64,000 bases of DNA from a virus. This document shows positions 28,391 through 40,595 of the stretch, piece after piece. A program made the position numbers and the translations under genes. The notes under the pieces are model-generated. The model had not been told where the DNA came from. It was given only the letters and a program-made list of their open reading frames with translations, and searched no databases. Positions within the stretch are counted from its first letter, which is position 1; each line of letters starts with the position of its first letter. The DNA is taken from positions 10,015-74,014 of IMG/VR virus record IMGVR_UViG_3300037245_003482, one strand, 5' to 3'.

Positions 28391-28918
28391 ATGGATATAA
28401 CCACCTTAGAAATGGAAATTGCAGCCGCAGATTTCTTTAATATTAGGCGTAATACAATTGTGCCTAATTTGCACTGGGGCCTTGATTTCATGCATGAATG
28501 TGATATTTTTGTTGCTTCCCCCACTGGGCAATGTACAGAAATAGAAATAAAAGTTTCAAAAAAAGACATAATTGCAGACAAAAAGAAAAAACACAACCAC
28601 ATAGACAAGCTGAATAGAATAAAGAATTTCTATTTTGCTGTACCAAAAGAACTTGCTGAATTTGCACTTAGCCGCATTCCAAGCCATGCAGGGCTATTAG
28701 TGGCTACAAAGGAAAATATAGGGGGCAAGGTTAAGGTACGGTTGAGATGTAAACGCAACTGTGTCCCAGATGCAAATGCCCGCAAACTATACAAAGAAGA
28801 ACAGGACCAAGTATTAAGGCTTAGTTCAATGCGTATATGGGCAGCAAAAGGCCAAATACATAAGTTATGTGAAGAAATACAGCAGCTAAAAGAAGAATTA
28901 AAGAAGGGCTTATTATGA
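28391..28918 (+). CDS. MmcB-like PD-(D/E)xK nuclease
   Basis: HECDIF...EIEIKVSKKDIIADKKK...FYFAVP. Confidence 0.7.
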   Translation: MDITTLEMEIAAADFFNIRRNTIVPNLHWGLDFMHECDIFVASPTGQCTEIEIKVSKKDIIADKKKKHNHIDKLNRIKNFYFAVPKELAEFALSRIPSHAGLLVATKENIGGKVKVRLRCKRNCVPDANARKLYKEEQDQVLRLSSMRIWAAKGQIHKLCEEIQQLKEELKKGLL

Positions 28919-29660
28919 CTATAAAAACAGATGTAGTACTTGAAAATTGGAACTGGTTTACACGTACCAAGCCCAGTGGGGCAATAGAAGCAGCATGGGT
29001 ATGTGGGCACCTAAAGGGGCACCCAGAATTCCCTGAAGACCCCCTTTTGAATAATATAAGGCTAAATGCCCCTTTAGACCTTAAAAATAGGACTTTCCAT
29101 TTTGGTGGGGTATTGGTGCGTTTTGGTAAATTAAACCTAAATGTAAACCCAAAACTAACAGAATTTATTGAACAGGAGTAAAAAGTGAAACAAATAAAAA
29201 GAGTAAAAGTGGCAATATTGGACAAAAAAACACCAAACAAAAATAGCACCCTTTCACATAATAAAAAACATGTTGTAAGGTTGCTGGCAACTGTACCAAA
29301 TGTACCATTGCTTTTCGATAAGGATAACGTATTCCCCTATGACAAAATACCAAAGGACAAACATGTGGGAAGGGCCCACAATTTCACAGTTGAAAAAAAT
29401 GTACTTTATGCTGATTTTATCATAAAAGACGACATACAATATTTAGCCGTGAGTGAAGCAGCAGGCCCCCTTTCTGCACGTATGACTACTGAATATGAAG
29501 AAGATGATTTAGTGTGCATCATTAATATTTACCTTTATTCTATGCAGGAAGGTGATGAAGAATGGACAGGTGTAATAGAAGGGGAACTTGAACCATACCC
29601 AACACCAAAGGCACCACCTGAACAAAAAACAGAAGAAAAATTTAGGAAAGATTAGCATTA

Positions 29661-29680
29661 GGGGCCATTAGGCCCTTTTT
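29661..29680 (+). terminator. short intrinsic terminator
   Basis: GGGCC-ATTA-GGCCC-TTTTT after a stop codon. Confidence 0.5.
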
Positions 29681-31078
29681 CACCTTAATAAGGGGCAATA
29701 AATGCCAAATGACTTTGAAATAGATACAGAGTACCATGCAATAATAAAAGAAGCCTGTATTGCTGCAATGCATGGGCATTACACAGAAACAGAACCAGGG
29801 TATTACAAACGCACCATACCAAAAGTAACAAAAGGTAACAATGTACATATAGTGGCATATGAGGGCACAAAACCACCAGAACCTTGCAGCATTTTAAAGT
29901 ACGAATACTACCTGCAATCCCAACCAATAATTGAAGAACTAAATGATACAGGCCCCTGTATTATTAATATGCCCCGGGTTATATTTGAGTGGGAAAAGCA
30001 CCCCCGTAATTGGTTTATAAGCCAATGGGCGCATGAGTACACACTGTACAAAACAGAAGGTGGTGTGGAAGTAAAACTAAAATGCAGGCTACATAACCAA
30101 CAGGCCCATGATTTAATTTATAAAATTGGGCTTAAAAATGAAAAATCAACAACATTCAGAAGTGCATCAACATGGTGTAAGGAGTTTGAATTTGCTACAG
30201 ATTGATAAATTACCCTGCACCACATGCGGGGGCAAAGGAAGCATTACAGAAGTAGTTAGTTTTAATTTTGGTTTAGTGGCCTTTATTTATGGGCATATAC
30301 AACAACATAGGGATACCATATGTGAAATATGTGGTGGCAAAGGAGTAGTATAATGGATGTAGAAAGCATTGAAACAAAGCAATATCAAGTAGTACAGGTA
30401 CAGGGTGTAAATATGTTCAGGTATGCCCCTGATGATTGGCGTACACAATACCAAGGGGCAAAAGTGACACCCCCCATACCTTTCACCATAGCAGAACTGG
30501 AAGAATTGTACCAGCAGTACCTAAAGAACCATATTTGCCGGGTGTACCCTGCAAAAGATATTAAGGTACAAAAACAGCTTGATGAAGCCCCATCAGACGT
30601 GTTCCGCATTGTACAAATACTCCACCATATGAATTATGAAGGTATGCTGGGGCGCCACACAGGGCAAGCAGAAGAAATAGCCATTGCAGAAATGCTTATT
30701 AATAAATTTACGGGCACTTATGGGGAAAACAAGTACAAAGCCCTTAAAGAAGCTGTATTAAACAAAAAGAGTTGCAGGGCCTGTTGTGGTGAAGGTTTTA
30801 TAGGCCTTGACGGTGTAAAAGAAATGTGCCACAGCTGCAGGGGCACAGGGGAAAGCCTGGATACTCTTATTTCCATACGCAACGAATTGAAACATGGGGT
30901 ATTGTAATGGAACCTACTTGCGTGGAACTAACAGTAATTAAAGAAAATAAGGCAAGAGAACAAAAGCGGATTGATTACTACCAGGGGCAAATTGACAAAC
31001 TGGATGCAAAAGAACATATTTTAGATAACATTGCTGAAATGCAGAGGATGTATGGGTAAAGAAGAAAAAGGAGTAACT

Positions 31079-31309
31079 ATGAAATATATACTAATCATAC
31101 TACTATTGCTATTGTCAGCATGTGAAACCGTGGTAGTGGATAACAATGTGGTACCAGTTATCGTGGTACCAGGTGGCACAGGGGATACTTTGTACATAAG
31201 GGATACAATCCTGCAGGTGGACACAATTTACAGCGTGGACACCCTTAGAATTATAGAAAGGGATACTATATATGAAGTAATCAATGTAATAAAACTAGGC
31301 GGGGGGTAA
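31079..31309 (+). CDS. small lipoprotein with DT-hydrophobic repeats
   Basis: MKYILIILLLLLSAC lipobox, then DTLYIRDTILQVDTIYSVDTLRIIERDTIY. AGGAG RBS. Confidence 0.75.
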   Translation: MKYILIILLLLLSACETVVVDNNVVPVIVVPGGTGDTLYIRDTILQVDTIYSVDTLRIIERDTIYEVINVIKLGGG

Positions 31310-33779
31310 CAGTATGGAAACATTTGTAGGATTGTTAGCTATAGCACTTATAATGCTGGTTACCTTTATAATATGTAAGGTAGAGGATATGTGTTTGAAA
31401 AAGAAGCTGAAACCAAGCAGCAAAGACAGAATTATACATATGTCAGTAGTTACCCGGGTGAGAAGGGAAAATTCTAACAATGTACTAAATGTAAATTCAA
31501 GTTGCCCAACAGGTGTATGGTATGGTAAGTGCCCCCATTGTGGAGGACCATTACGTACCTACATGGGGATACATGATAGTCATTGTATGCATTGCCGTTG
31601 TTTTATAATTTGGCCAGAGGCATAGGGCATGGAAACAATAGCTGGTATTATAGGAATTGTATTCACTGCTTTTGGTTATTTGTCATTTTTTGCATTATGT
31701 TTGCATGTAGCTTTAATACTAATAGGTGGCTTGGGATACTTGGTATTTGTGGTCCTCTTTTACATAGTTCACATAGGCATATATGGGGCTAAAATAACTA
31801 AAGTACTTTGGGGCAAAAGGCCCTTTGGGCATGGTACCATAAGGACCGTAGAAACTAAGTGGAATAGTGGGACAAATACGGATGTGTAGTCCCTGTTATT
31901 TTAAAAAACCAATGGGATTTTGGGGCATGGCATCGTTACCTAAAAGCCCCAAATCCAACAAATTTTAAATATTTGGCAGGGTAACCTTGGGAAATTTGGG
32001 GTAACGTATTTAGTAAGGTAACTTGTTATAATAGGGGCATAGGGCCCTAAAAGGCAAAGGAGTAAGAAATGGGAGCAAAAGGCGAAGAACTAACACCAGG
32101 CACTATTGATATGGGGCATGGGGACCTACATGTGACCTATGAGACAGAATATAGTAGCATTAGTGATACAGTAGGCATTGCACAGATTGTCAATAAGGAA
32201 CAGCCTGAAATGATAGGCAAAGTACATGGGTACGGTGGGCATATTGAATTCAACAAATATGACTTGGAACAAATAGTAAAGCACTTGATTTCAGTTGGTG
32301 CAATTGATATAAGGGTGTGAAGGGGCTTAAATGTACTCAGACAAGATGACAAAGGCTATTAAGGATAATAAGGCCCAAGTAAAGCAAGGGAACATGGTGC
32401 TGCGTATACCAGGGAAGTATAGGGAAGGCATTAAGGAGCTTATGGCACCCAATAGGGGTTGCAATTTACAACAGGCATTGTGCCTAAAGGCCTGTTGTAG
32501 TGGCCCATGTTCAGAATGCTTATTACATAAAGAGTATCATGAAGAATTTGAACAATGGAGTAAAGATAAACTGGTCAAAGGGGGCCTGAATGAACATAAA
32601 AAAGGCCATTAAGGCCCAAATAAAACATAATGGCAAAGTGCTGCACATACCGGGGAAATATAGCCCAATAGATCTGGCACCAAGTAAACCTGAGTACATT
32701 AGGGCAACATTATGCATAGCAGCACAATGTGAGCCCCATAAGGGTTTTGCACATAAATGCAGGCAATGCCTATTTTACCACCAAAAGGCATTTGAACAAT
32801 GGCAAAAGAAACAATTAGCACCTGGAGGGCTCAATGTTTAATACAAAAAGTTGGAAAATAATAAAACAGTTAAGTGGGGTATTATTTAACCTGGGTATGT
32901 TGGGGTTGATATTATGGATGATGTATTTTACTGCAAGCACCACCATTTGGCCTATTACAGCATTTATGGGGTGTATTGGGCTAATTTGTGCAGGAATGGG
33001 TGCGGGGCTATTCATAAAGGACTTAATTAAAGAATGGAATAAGCCAATACCAATGGGCAGTAAGGGATATGACCCAGATAACTATGTTGCTGAATGGAAT
33101 AAGATGCAGGGGACCTTGGTATCAGAGGTCTTGGTTTCCAAAGCGGATTACAAAAGGCTAATAAGAAAGCATAAATTGCCCATTAGTGTGCATGATTGCC
33201 TGGATGACACAAGCATCCCAATTGGCACTGTGCGGCTAAAGTACATAATAATGCATAATGGGATATTCAAATACCTGCTGTACATGTATAGGTTCAGGAA
33301 GTTTGAAAAGGACCTGAGGGACAATACGCTTGTAGGTATAGTAGTTGAAGTAGTTGTTTATTAGGGGGTGGTATGAAAAGGCATAATGAAGGGCTGCAGG
33401 TGGACGAAGGTGTCTGTAATTGCCCCTTTTGTGAAGAAGGCAGGAAAACACATAAAATAGCACGCACCATAGCCTACTGGGCCTGTATAATTGCAGCCGG
33501 GGTAGTTGTGCAATCGTTATTTGGGTGGTAATATGGGCCTAGGGAATAAGATAAAAGGGTTAATGGGTATATCAATGGACCCAGCCCCAAAGCAGGCAGG
33601 CATAGGGCCTTTGGGTGTTTTATGTCGTATAATGTACCAGGATCAGTGTGAAGCCTCAACAGATACAGCAGAATACCATAGTCCATTTGATGACCCTGAA
33701 ACAATGATATTCATTGGATACCCTGAAACAGATGCACATTTTAGGCAACGGTTGCAGGCGCATTTAGAAGGTAAATAAC

Positions 33780-35258
33780 ATGGCATATGAAGCATATGGA
33801 ATGAACCTCCAAAACAGCTATTGGTACAAAATAGAACAGGCAATGGGGGCCAGGAAGGAAGAAGCCACAGAGGCCCTGATGGAACGTGATGTCAGGATCA
33901 AAATACTGCAACTCATATGGGATGAACCAGAGGTACTGGGGCACATGGTGGGCTTTACCGATGGCACCCCAATGCATGGGCAATGGATTAAGAAGCTTTG
34001 GGACAACCTGCAACCAGGGGAAGACAGGAACATGATGGCCCACCGTGGTAGCCTGAAAACCAGTTTCATAACACAGGTAGGCAGCCACAGGGACCTGATA
34101 TTCAATCCACACCACCGTATTGCTATCTTTCGCCCTGCACAACACCAATCAATTGATATAACCCGGGTAGTACGCAACTGGTACAATTTGCCACCTATTA
34201 TTGCATTATTAACAGAGGCACCCTTACATTTCAGCCTTAAAGAACTAACAGGCAAAGAGAAATCAATCAAATGGGGGTTCATGCCCCCTGCAATGCGCTC
34301 GAGGAAAGAAGGCAACTTAGACAGCTGGGGCATGCTTGGAACCACGGGGTACCACTATGACATAATGGTAATATGTGACATAGCAACAATTGATGACCGC
34401 ACCAGTAGGGCCAAACGGGAAAAAACCAAGGCCTTTGTGCGTGAAGTACGGAATAACATCAAAGACCCAAATGCAAATGTGCTAATGGAAGGCACCACCT
34501 GGCACCCTGAGGATGTATGGAGTGAATGGCCTGCAGACTTCAAAGTAAATGTGTACCAAAGTGGCCTGCGAACAGATGACCAAATAACCAAAATGAAAGA
34601 CGGTTACATTAATAAAAATGGGGAATGGGTACCGGGGCTTACAGCTGTGGAATTTGGGTGCAACCAGATGCTGGAGCATTTGAACAGCGAGGACCAGATA
34701 TTTGGTGACCCTGCCTATGGTAAGTTTGTTAATACACAACAACCTTCATACATGCATGTAGACGCCAAGTACAAAGGGGACCACACTGGCGCAATAACAT
34801 TATTACAAAAGCGCACAGACGGCCTGTGGAGCGGAAGGGGCTGGGTATTTGATAACCATGTGGATGAGCAATATGATTTTATTGTAACTAACTGCATGGC
34901 CCACAATGTCCGTGTGTGCTATATGGAAGAAAATGCAGATAAGGGCCTGGTAATACGGGACCTTGTGAAACTGGGCAGGAAGAAACGCTGCAAAACTAAG
35001 TTCCGCAATTATAATGAATCCACTGAAAAACACACCAAAATACAAAGTTGGGGCAAAAGGTATTACAACCAAATATTGTGGGATGATAAAATGCAGCACA
35101 GTATCAATTGGAGAGGTGGGCCAACTGTGCCAAATGGGCATGCATATATAAACCAGGTCATTATGTACATGGATGGGGAAGACCTGAACGATGGCCCAGA
35201 CAGCATGGCAAGCCTATTGCGGGAAATATATGACAAAAAGGGCAAAGGTTTGTGGTAA
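33780..35258 (+). CDS. terminase large subunit
   Basis: AHRGSLKTS Walker A, GYHYDIMVICD Walker B region, GTTWHPED coupling motif, and nuclease motifs HVDA, EEN and NDGPDS. Confidence 0.85.
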   Translation: MAYEAYGMNLQNSYWYKIEQAMGARKEEATEALMERDVRIKILQLIWDEPEVLGHMVGFTDGTPMHGQWIKKLWDNLQPGEDRNMMAHRGSLKTSFITQVGSHRDLIFNPHHRIAIFRPAQHQSIDITRVVRNWYNLPPIIALLTEAPLHFSLKELTGKEKSIKWGFMPPAMRSRKEGNLDSWGMLGTTGYHYDIMVICDIATIDDRTSRAKREKTKAFVREVRNNIKDPNANVLMEGTTWHPEDVWSEWPADFKVNVYQSGLRTDDQITKMKDGYINKNGEWVPGLTAVEFGCNQMLEHLNSEDQIFGDPAYGKFVNTQQPSYMHVDAKYKGDHTGAITLLQKRTDGLWSGRGWVFDNHVDEQYDFIVTNCMAHNVRVCYMEENADKGLVIRDLVKLGRKKRCKTKFRNYNESTEKHTKIQSWGKRYYNQILWDDKMQHSINWRGGPTVPNGHAYINQVIMYMDGEDLNDGPDSMASLLREIYDKKGKGLW

Positions 35259-35279
35259 AGGTTTTTATAATAGGGGTGT

Positions 35280-35374
35280 AGGCAGGTGAAGTACAGTAAC
35301 CTGATGTACTTATTGGGTTAGCGCCCCTGGGGTTATATAATGCTGCTATGCAGCAGGCTCCCCAGTGCCTTTTT
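35280..35374 (+). ncRNA. candidate ~95-nt four-way-junction RNA
   Basis: Follows the promoter motif at 35266. A closing stem, three arms and a U-tract. Confidence 0.45.
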
Positions 35375-35388
35375 AACAGGAGTAACAA

Positions 35389-36406
35389 ATGGAAACATCA
35401 GAAGTACTACTTAAGGAATTAACCTTTGAAGACGGCACATTAGTACACAAATGGCCCTTTGTTCAAATAGAAGACAAAGCCAAATTCTACAGGGTGTACT
35501 ATAAAGAGCGTGTGCATAGTGATGGGGCAACAGAAGGAATGGGCTTTGATTTTTGCGTTGTGTACTGGATAGGCAGCGGGATACAAGGGGAACATTGGTC
35601 TGAAGAAAGTGATTGCCAGGTAGATGTGCATATGTGGGGTAATGCACTATTTGACGGTATACGACATATTTTCAATGGTGATAGTGCTAACAGCGGGTAC
35701 ATTTATTACCCAGATACAGGTGGCATTATTAAGGTTTTTGAGTGCCTGAGGGATTTGGAAACTAAGTACTGCAATAGCCCAGATCATACAAAGGGGTAAC
35801 AAATGATAACAGTAAACTTATTTTTATTAATGCTTATTGTGGCAATGGTGGCAATGATTATTGTAATGCAATGGCCCAAATCTCCTTCTGTAAAGTGGCC
35901 CAAGTACATGGAATGTGACAAAGGGAAAGAAGAAGTGCCTAGCAAAGCCATAGTGCGCCCCCAGGACGAATATGAAAGGGTAAAAAAGCTATTTGATGAA
36001 ATGACCCTAGTTGAATATATAGGGCCAAATAAGGGGAATTTGGGGCCCATACCAAACCAGCCCTATGTAATAACAAAGTGGAACTGGAGCAATGCACCTC
36101 ATTATTCCACAGCGGAAATATGCCAAGTACATATGGTGGGACTTAAACGTGTAAGGGATGCAGGCAGACATTCAGTACCAACACACCAATTACAGGAATG
36201 GGGGGACAAGAATGGTAAAAGTAACAGTTAAAGATGGTGGAATACACAAATGCACACGAGTAACCAGCATGGGCATACGTGCGGAGCATCTAGCAGTAGG
36301 TGGGCATTTGATCAATCTAGCCCAAATTGACACAGTAGAAATGGGGCAGACAGAGTGTAAAAAGTGGCCCCATATACATATGTATTTCAACAACCTATGT
36401 ATTTAA
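35389..36406 (+). CDS. three hypothetical genes (35389-35799, 35803-36231, ~36212-36406)
   Basis: Packed ORFs with RBSs. Confidence 0.6.
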
Positions 36407-36419
36407 ACAGGAGTAACAA

Positions 36420-37298
36420 ATGAAAGAAGCACCAATGGGCCGTGCCCAAATAAAGAAAGAGCTTATACATGTGAACGCAGGGCGGAATGAACCCCCACGC
36501 TATGCAGAAGCAATTTACTATGAACGTGAGGACAAACAGGTCATTTGTTTTTCAACCCAATTAAGTTGCAGTGTGGGTTGTGCCTTTTGTGCATCACCAG
36601 GACCAGAAAAAACAGTAAACCTTACAGCAGGGGAAATATTGGCCCAAATCAATTACTTTGGTGCTGATATCAATATGGGCAAAGTGACCCTATTGAGCGT
36701 AATGGGGGAAGGTGAACCATTGTTAAATTATAGCAATGTGATGAAGGCCCTGAAATTGGCAGTTAAGCACGAGGCATTCCAGGGGGTAGGGGGTGTTAAA
36801 ATAGCATTAAGTACCAGTGGGGCAGCCCCTGCAAAAATAAAGCAGTTGGCCAAGCATAACAGATTCTACACCAAATATGACGAGGCTCCTGTGCCATTCA
36901 AATTACAGGTTTCATTACACTTTGCTGGTATAGAAAAACGAGTGAAATATATGAAGAATGCTGCATCTTTGCGAGGGCTACAAGAAGCCTTATCCTGTTA
37001 CACCAGGGACAAAGGTGCCCATGCAGCACCTGTTGAACTTAACATTGCACTTATTGATGGGGTTAATGATAGCCTGTATGATGCAGTGCTGGTAGTGGCA
37101 AATTTCCCTGAATACCATATAAAAGTCAGTAAGTACAATATGATTGAACGGGCTGAATTCAAACCTGCAACTGATCAGAAAACAGCTGCATTTGTTGCCC
37201 ATTTAGATATGGTGGGTATGTCAGTTGAATATCATGAAACAGATGGCAGTGGTATTGGTGGGGCCTGTGGGCAAACCAGGGGCATGCGGAAAAGTTAA
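36420..37298 (+). CDS. RlmN/Cfr-family radical-SAM RNA methyltransferase-like protein
   Basis: ICFSTQLSCSVGCAFC (CxxxCxxC plus upstream Cys), NLTAGEILAQ, MGEGEPLLN, STSG, SLH, GVNDS and GACGQ. Confidence 0.88.
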   Translation: MKEAPMGRAQIKKELIHVNAGRNEPPRYAEAIYYEREDKQVICFSTQLSCSVGCAFCASPGPEKTVNLTAGEILAQINYFGADINMGKVTLLSVMGEGEPLLNYSNVMKALKLAVKHEAFQGVGGVKIALSTSGAAPAKIKQLAKHNRFYTKYDEAPVPFKLQVSLHFAGIEKRVKYMKNAASLRGLQEALSCYTRDKGAHAAPVELNIALIDGVNDSLYDAVLVVANFPEYHIKVSKYNMIERAEFKPATDQKTAAFVAHLDMVGMSVEYHETDGSGIGGACGQTRGMRKS

Positions 37299-37333
37299 AT
37301 AAGTAACTTTGTATAATAGGGACAAAGGCATTG

Positions 37334-37409
37334 TGGGCCGCTGCTTTTTAGGCCCAGGGCATAGGGTTGTCGCAACTGGGGGGTGATGGCCCCAGTTAAC
37401 CCCTTGCCC
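37334..37409 (+). ncRNA. structured leader or small RNA after the promoter motif
   Basis: TGGGCC/GGCCCA hairpin, then a rod formed by GGGCA/TGCCC, GGGTT/AACCC and AACTGGGG/CCCCAGTT. Confidence 0.4.
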
Positions 37410-40387
37410 CATAAGCAGAAAGGAATAATATGAAAAAGAGTAAATTTAAGAAAGGTGACCGGGTGGTTGCTTTGATTAATCAGTATAGAGCTGGTGATGT
37501 GGTAGTGAAAGCAGGGCACAAAGGCACCATATTGGAGGAAACTGATGTACCCTTTGTTGAATGGGATAAATTTGTTAATGGGCACTCAGCCAACGGTTTA
37601 GGCAAAAAGGGCCATTGTTGGTGTAATGAGGGGCACAACCTTAAAAAGGTACCTTGGTATAAAAAGCTATTAGGTTTGGGGTAATATATGAGCAGCTTAA
37701 AACTAAAGACCAAATGGGTAAAACACCCAAAAGTACCTGTGTGGGAAAACAACAAGGGCATCCGCATCCATGTTTCAGGTGGTCTATTAGGTAAACCAGG
37801 CACCCATTTCCTTTGTGTTGTGCGGGACCATATGGTAAAGGAACCTTACAGCTATTTCTACAAATTAACGGGTGGCAACCGAAAACGGGCCCTTATGGCA
37901 GCAGCTGAGGAAATAGCAGCACCTGGTTCATTCTATCATGCTGTGTTTATTGGGGAACATAGCCCATTGAAAGGTTTTATTGATACACCTGCATTGGAGC
38001 AAATATGAGCCGTTTAAAACTAAAGACCAAATGGAAAAAATCAGGGATAGGTAGTTGGTTTAATGCTACCTATACCACCTTGTGGGTGGGCCGCCCACTA
38101 GATATTTGGTATCCAAAAAATAGCCCCATGGATATTTGGCATTCAAAAATAACTACTTCGTCCACCCCTTTGCAAATAAATACTAAGCACCCACGGTATT
38201 TGCATATGCTCAAAGTAACAGGCTGGAACTACAAAAGGGCAACAATGGGTTATGTAGAATGGCTGATATCAGGGAAAGAACTATGAGCAACAGGTACAAA
38301 GGCCGCAAAATGCCCTGGGTGTATAAGTTACAACGGGCAGAACAATCACCATGTATCAATTGTGGGATGCCTGGTAGCCATTTTATCCCACCATCACTTG
38401 GGGAAGAAGGTTTCTTCCTATGTACAAAACCAGCCATATTGGAAATGGCGCATAGGCTTATTGAATGGAAAATAGGGCAGGAAAGCAAGAAAGGCCCATT
38501 GCCACTTAAGGACAAAATGCCTGATTACTCTGATGCAAGGGGGCCGGGCATAGCTGCTTGGGTAGAAAAGCAATGTAAGGGTATGTCGGTTAGTTATGTG
38601 CCTGGGGGTGTATTTGCCTTTAGCATAGGGGGCACAGCAGAAATGATGAATATAAAAGGTACTGTGGAAATATGAAACCAATTACATCTATCATAGGGCT
38701 AGAATTTATACCAGGGGCCACGGTAGCATTAAAAAAGGACCAAGAACCAGTGGGGAAACTATTGGACATCTGGTGCTTTCACAATAAAGGGCCTATAGCT
38801 GTAGTTCAGTTACCCAATGGAAAAAGGGGCAACTGGGACTTATCTTTATTATTAGTAGTTGAACAAAGTGACAAGAAAGAGGAGTAACCATGTCAGCTGA
38901 AATAATTGAACATAAGCATGAAAATGGAAATGTTTACCATACCACAGTTATCTATGATGCTATTGGAACCACGTTGCCCATATTATCAATTATAGAGCAG
39001 TACCAAAGGACTATCCCCCCTGCACATATTATACATGTTATCTGTACTGTGGATCAAATACATCCATTCCCAGATTTCGTAGACACCAAAACCAATACCT
39101 ATTTGGATAAACCAATACACCATTCCGAAAAGTCAAAACAGATAAATTGGGACCGGGTAGCTGTATATGTAAATACACCTGAAGATTGTGCCCAATGTGT
39201 ACAACAGATAAAAGAAAGCGTGAAACAATTACCTGCTCCCCCAATTAATACCTGGAAGCTTAGAGACATACCAAACCCAACACCTGAGACACCATTTGAT
39301 AAAAGAAGCTGTTATGACTGCTGCCACATAAGAGCAGCATGCAGCTTGTGGTGTGGTAATACAAAAGCTAGGAAGGCCAGGGGCACATCAATACCCGGGT
39401 GCATCCATTGCCCATATTGGGGGCCTGCTTGGAAAATGATAACAAAGGAATACAGGACAGCAGAATATGGTTATGTATCCAAATGGCAAAAGTTTAAGAA
39501 ATTCCTTTATAACTTATTATAATAGGGGCAGGAGGCCATTATGATAGTAAAAATGGAAGTAGGTGCAAAGGTTGAAGTATTGAAAAACTTAGGGACTAAT
39601 TCCACTTTTGCCACACAGGAAACAGCGACCAGCAAAGGTGAAATAGTAGCAATAAAGTCTATTTTTTACCCTTATTTGTATGCAGTATTAAGGGCAGATG
39701 GCAAAGAGGTTTTAGCCACAGGGGCACAAGTGAGGGTGGTGCAGGATGAATAACAGATTTGGGCTTGATGTAGCTTATTACCGTAAAGAACTAAAGGCAC
39801 TTAGTGATTCATTGGTGGACAGAACACCAGAGGAACTTAATAGGTACCTTTTGACCATGGCTGGTAAGAAGCCTAGTACAAAAGAAGAGGCAACAGTAAC
39901 AGTGCCCCCATATGTAAAAAGTGGGTATGCCAAGCTTATAGCAGACTTTGCTGAAGATTTACCAGAGCAGCCAAATGTGGCCAAGGTTTTGAAGCAGGCA
40001 AGGTTTACATTATGTACTATTTTCCAGGGGCATAAAGAAAGTATGTCATTGCATGGGTACCATAACCGTGTTTGTGATTTTTTGCATGATTTAGAAATGG
40101 AACATAAAAATAGTGAAGAAAAGGAAAAAGAAGAACCAGTACCTGTCTATAACCTAGAAGGGTGGGCTAAAATACAAAAGGCCCTAGCAGAGGATAAGAA
40201 CTTATCACATGCTATTCTATTCCCAGAAAAGGAACCATGGCGCAATGCTGAACTTAATGCAATGGCCCGCGCTATTGTAGGGGAAACAATACAACCAGGC
40301 AGCAAGGATTTCTTTGTTGATTTGGTGTACAAAATATTAAAAGAAGTACAGAACAAGTTTACCCATTAACTTTATATAATAGGGGTA

Positions 40388-40573
40388 AGAGCACATTGGA
40401 AGGTGACATTGTAGTATATATGACCGCAGGAAGGACCAACTCCCAATATGGGCGAAGGAAAGTACTGGACAGGGGTTGGAAAAGCTACAAGCATTGCATT
40501 GGTTTAATGTAACCTGGGATGCCAATGCGGGTGCCCCTTGGTACCAACAAGGGGGCGCCTTCCAATGTGCTTT
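40388..40573 (+). ncRNA. candidate 186-nt structured RNA
   Basis: 18-bp closing stem (40388-40405/40556-40573) plus three internal arms. Starts 8 nt after TATAAT. Confidence 0.65.
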
Positions 40574-40595
40574 ATCATTTAAAGGCTAATATGAA

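Larger units (their letters stand above)
28068..33778 (+). other. array of about 18 small co-directional hypothetical genes between TerS and TerL (Cys-rich, DnaJ-type CxxCxGxG, membrane proteins)
   Basis: Densely packed plus-strand ORFs with RBSs and stop/start overlaps. Confidence 0.7.
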
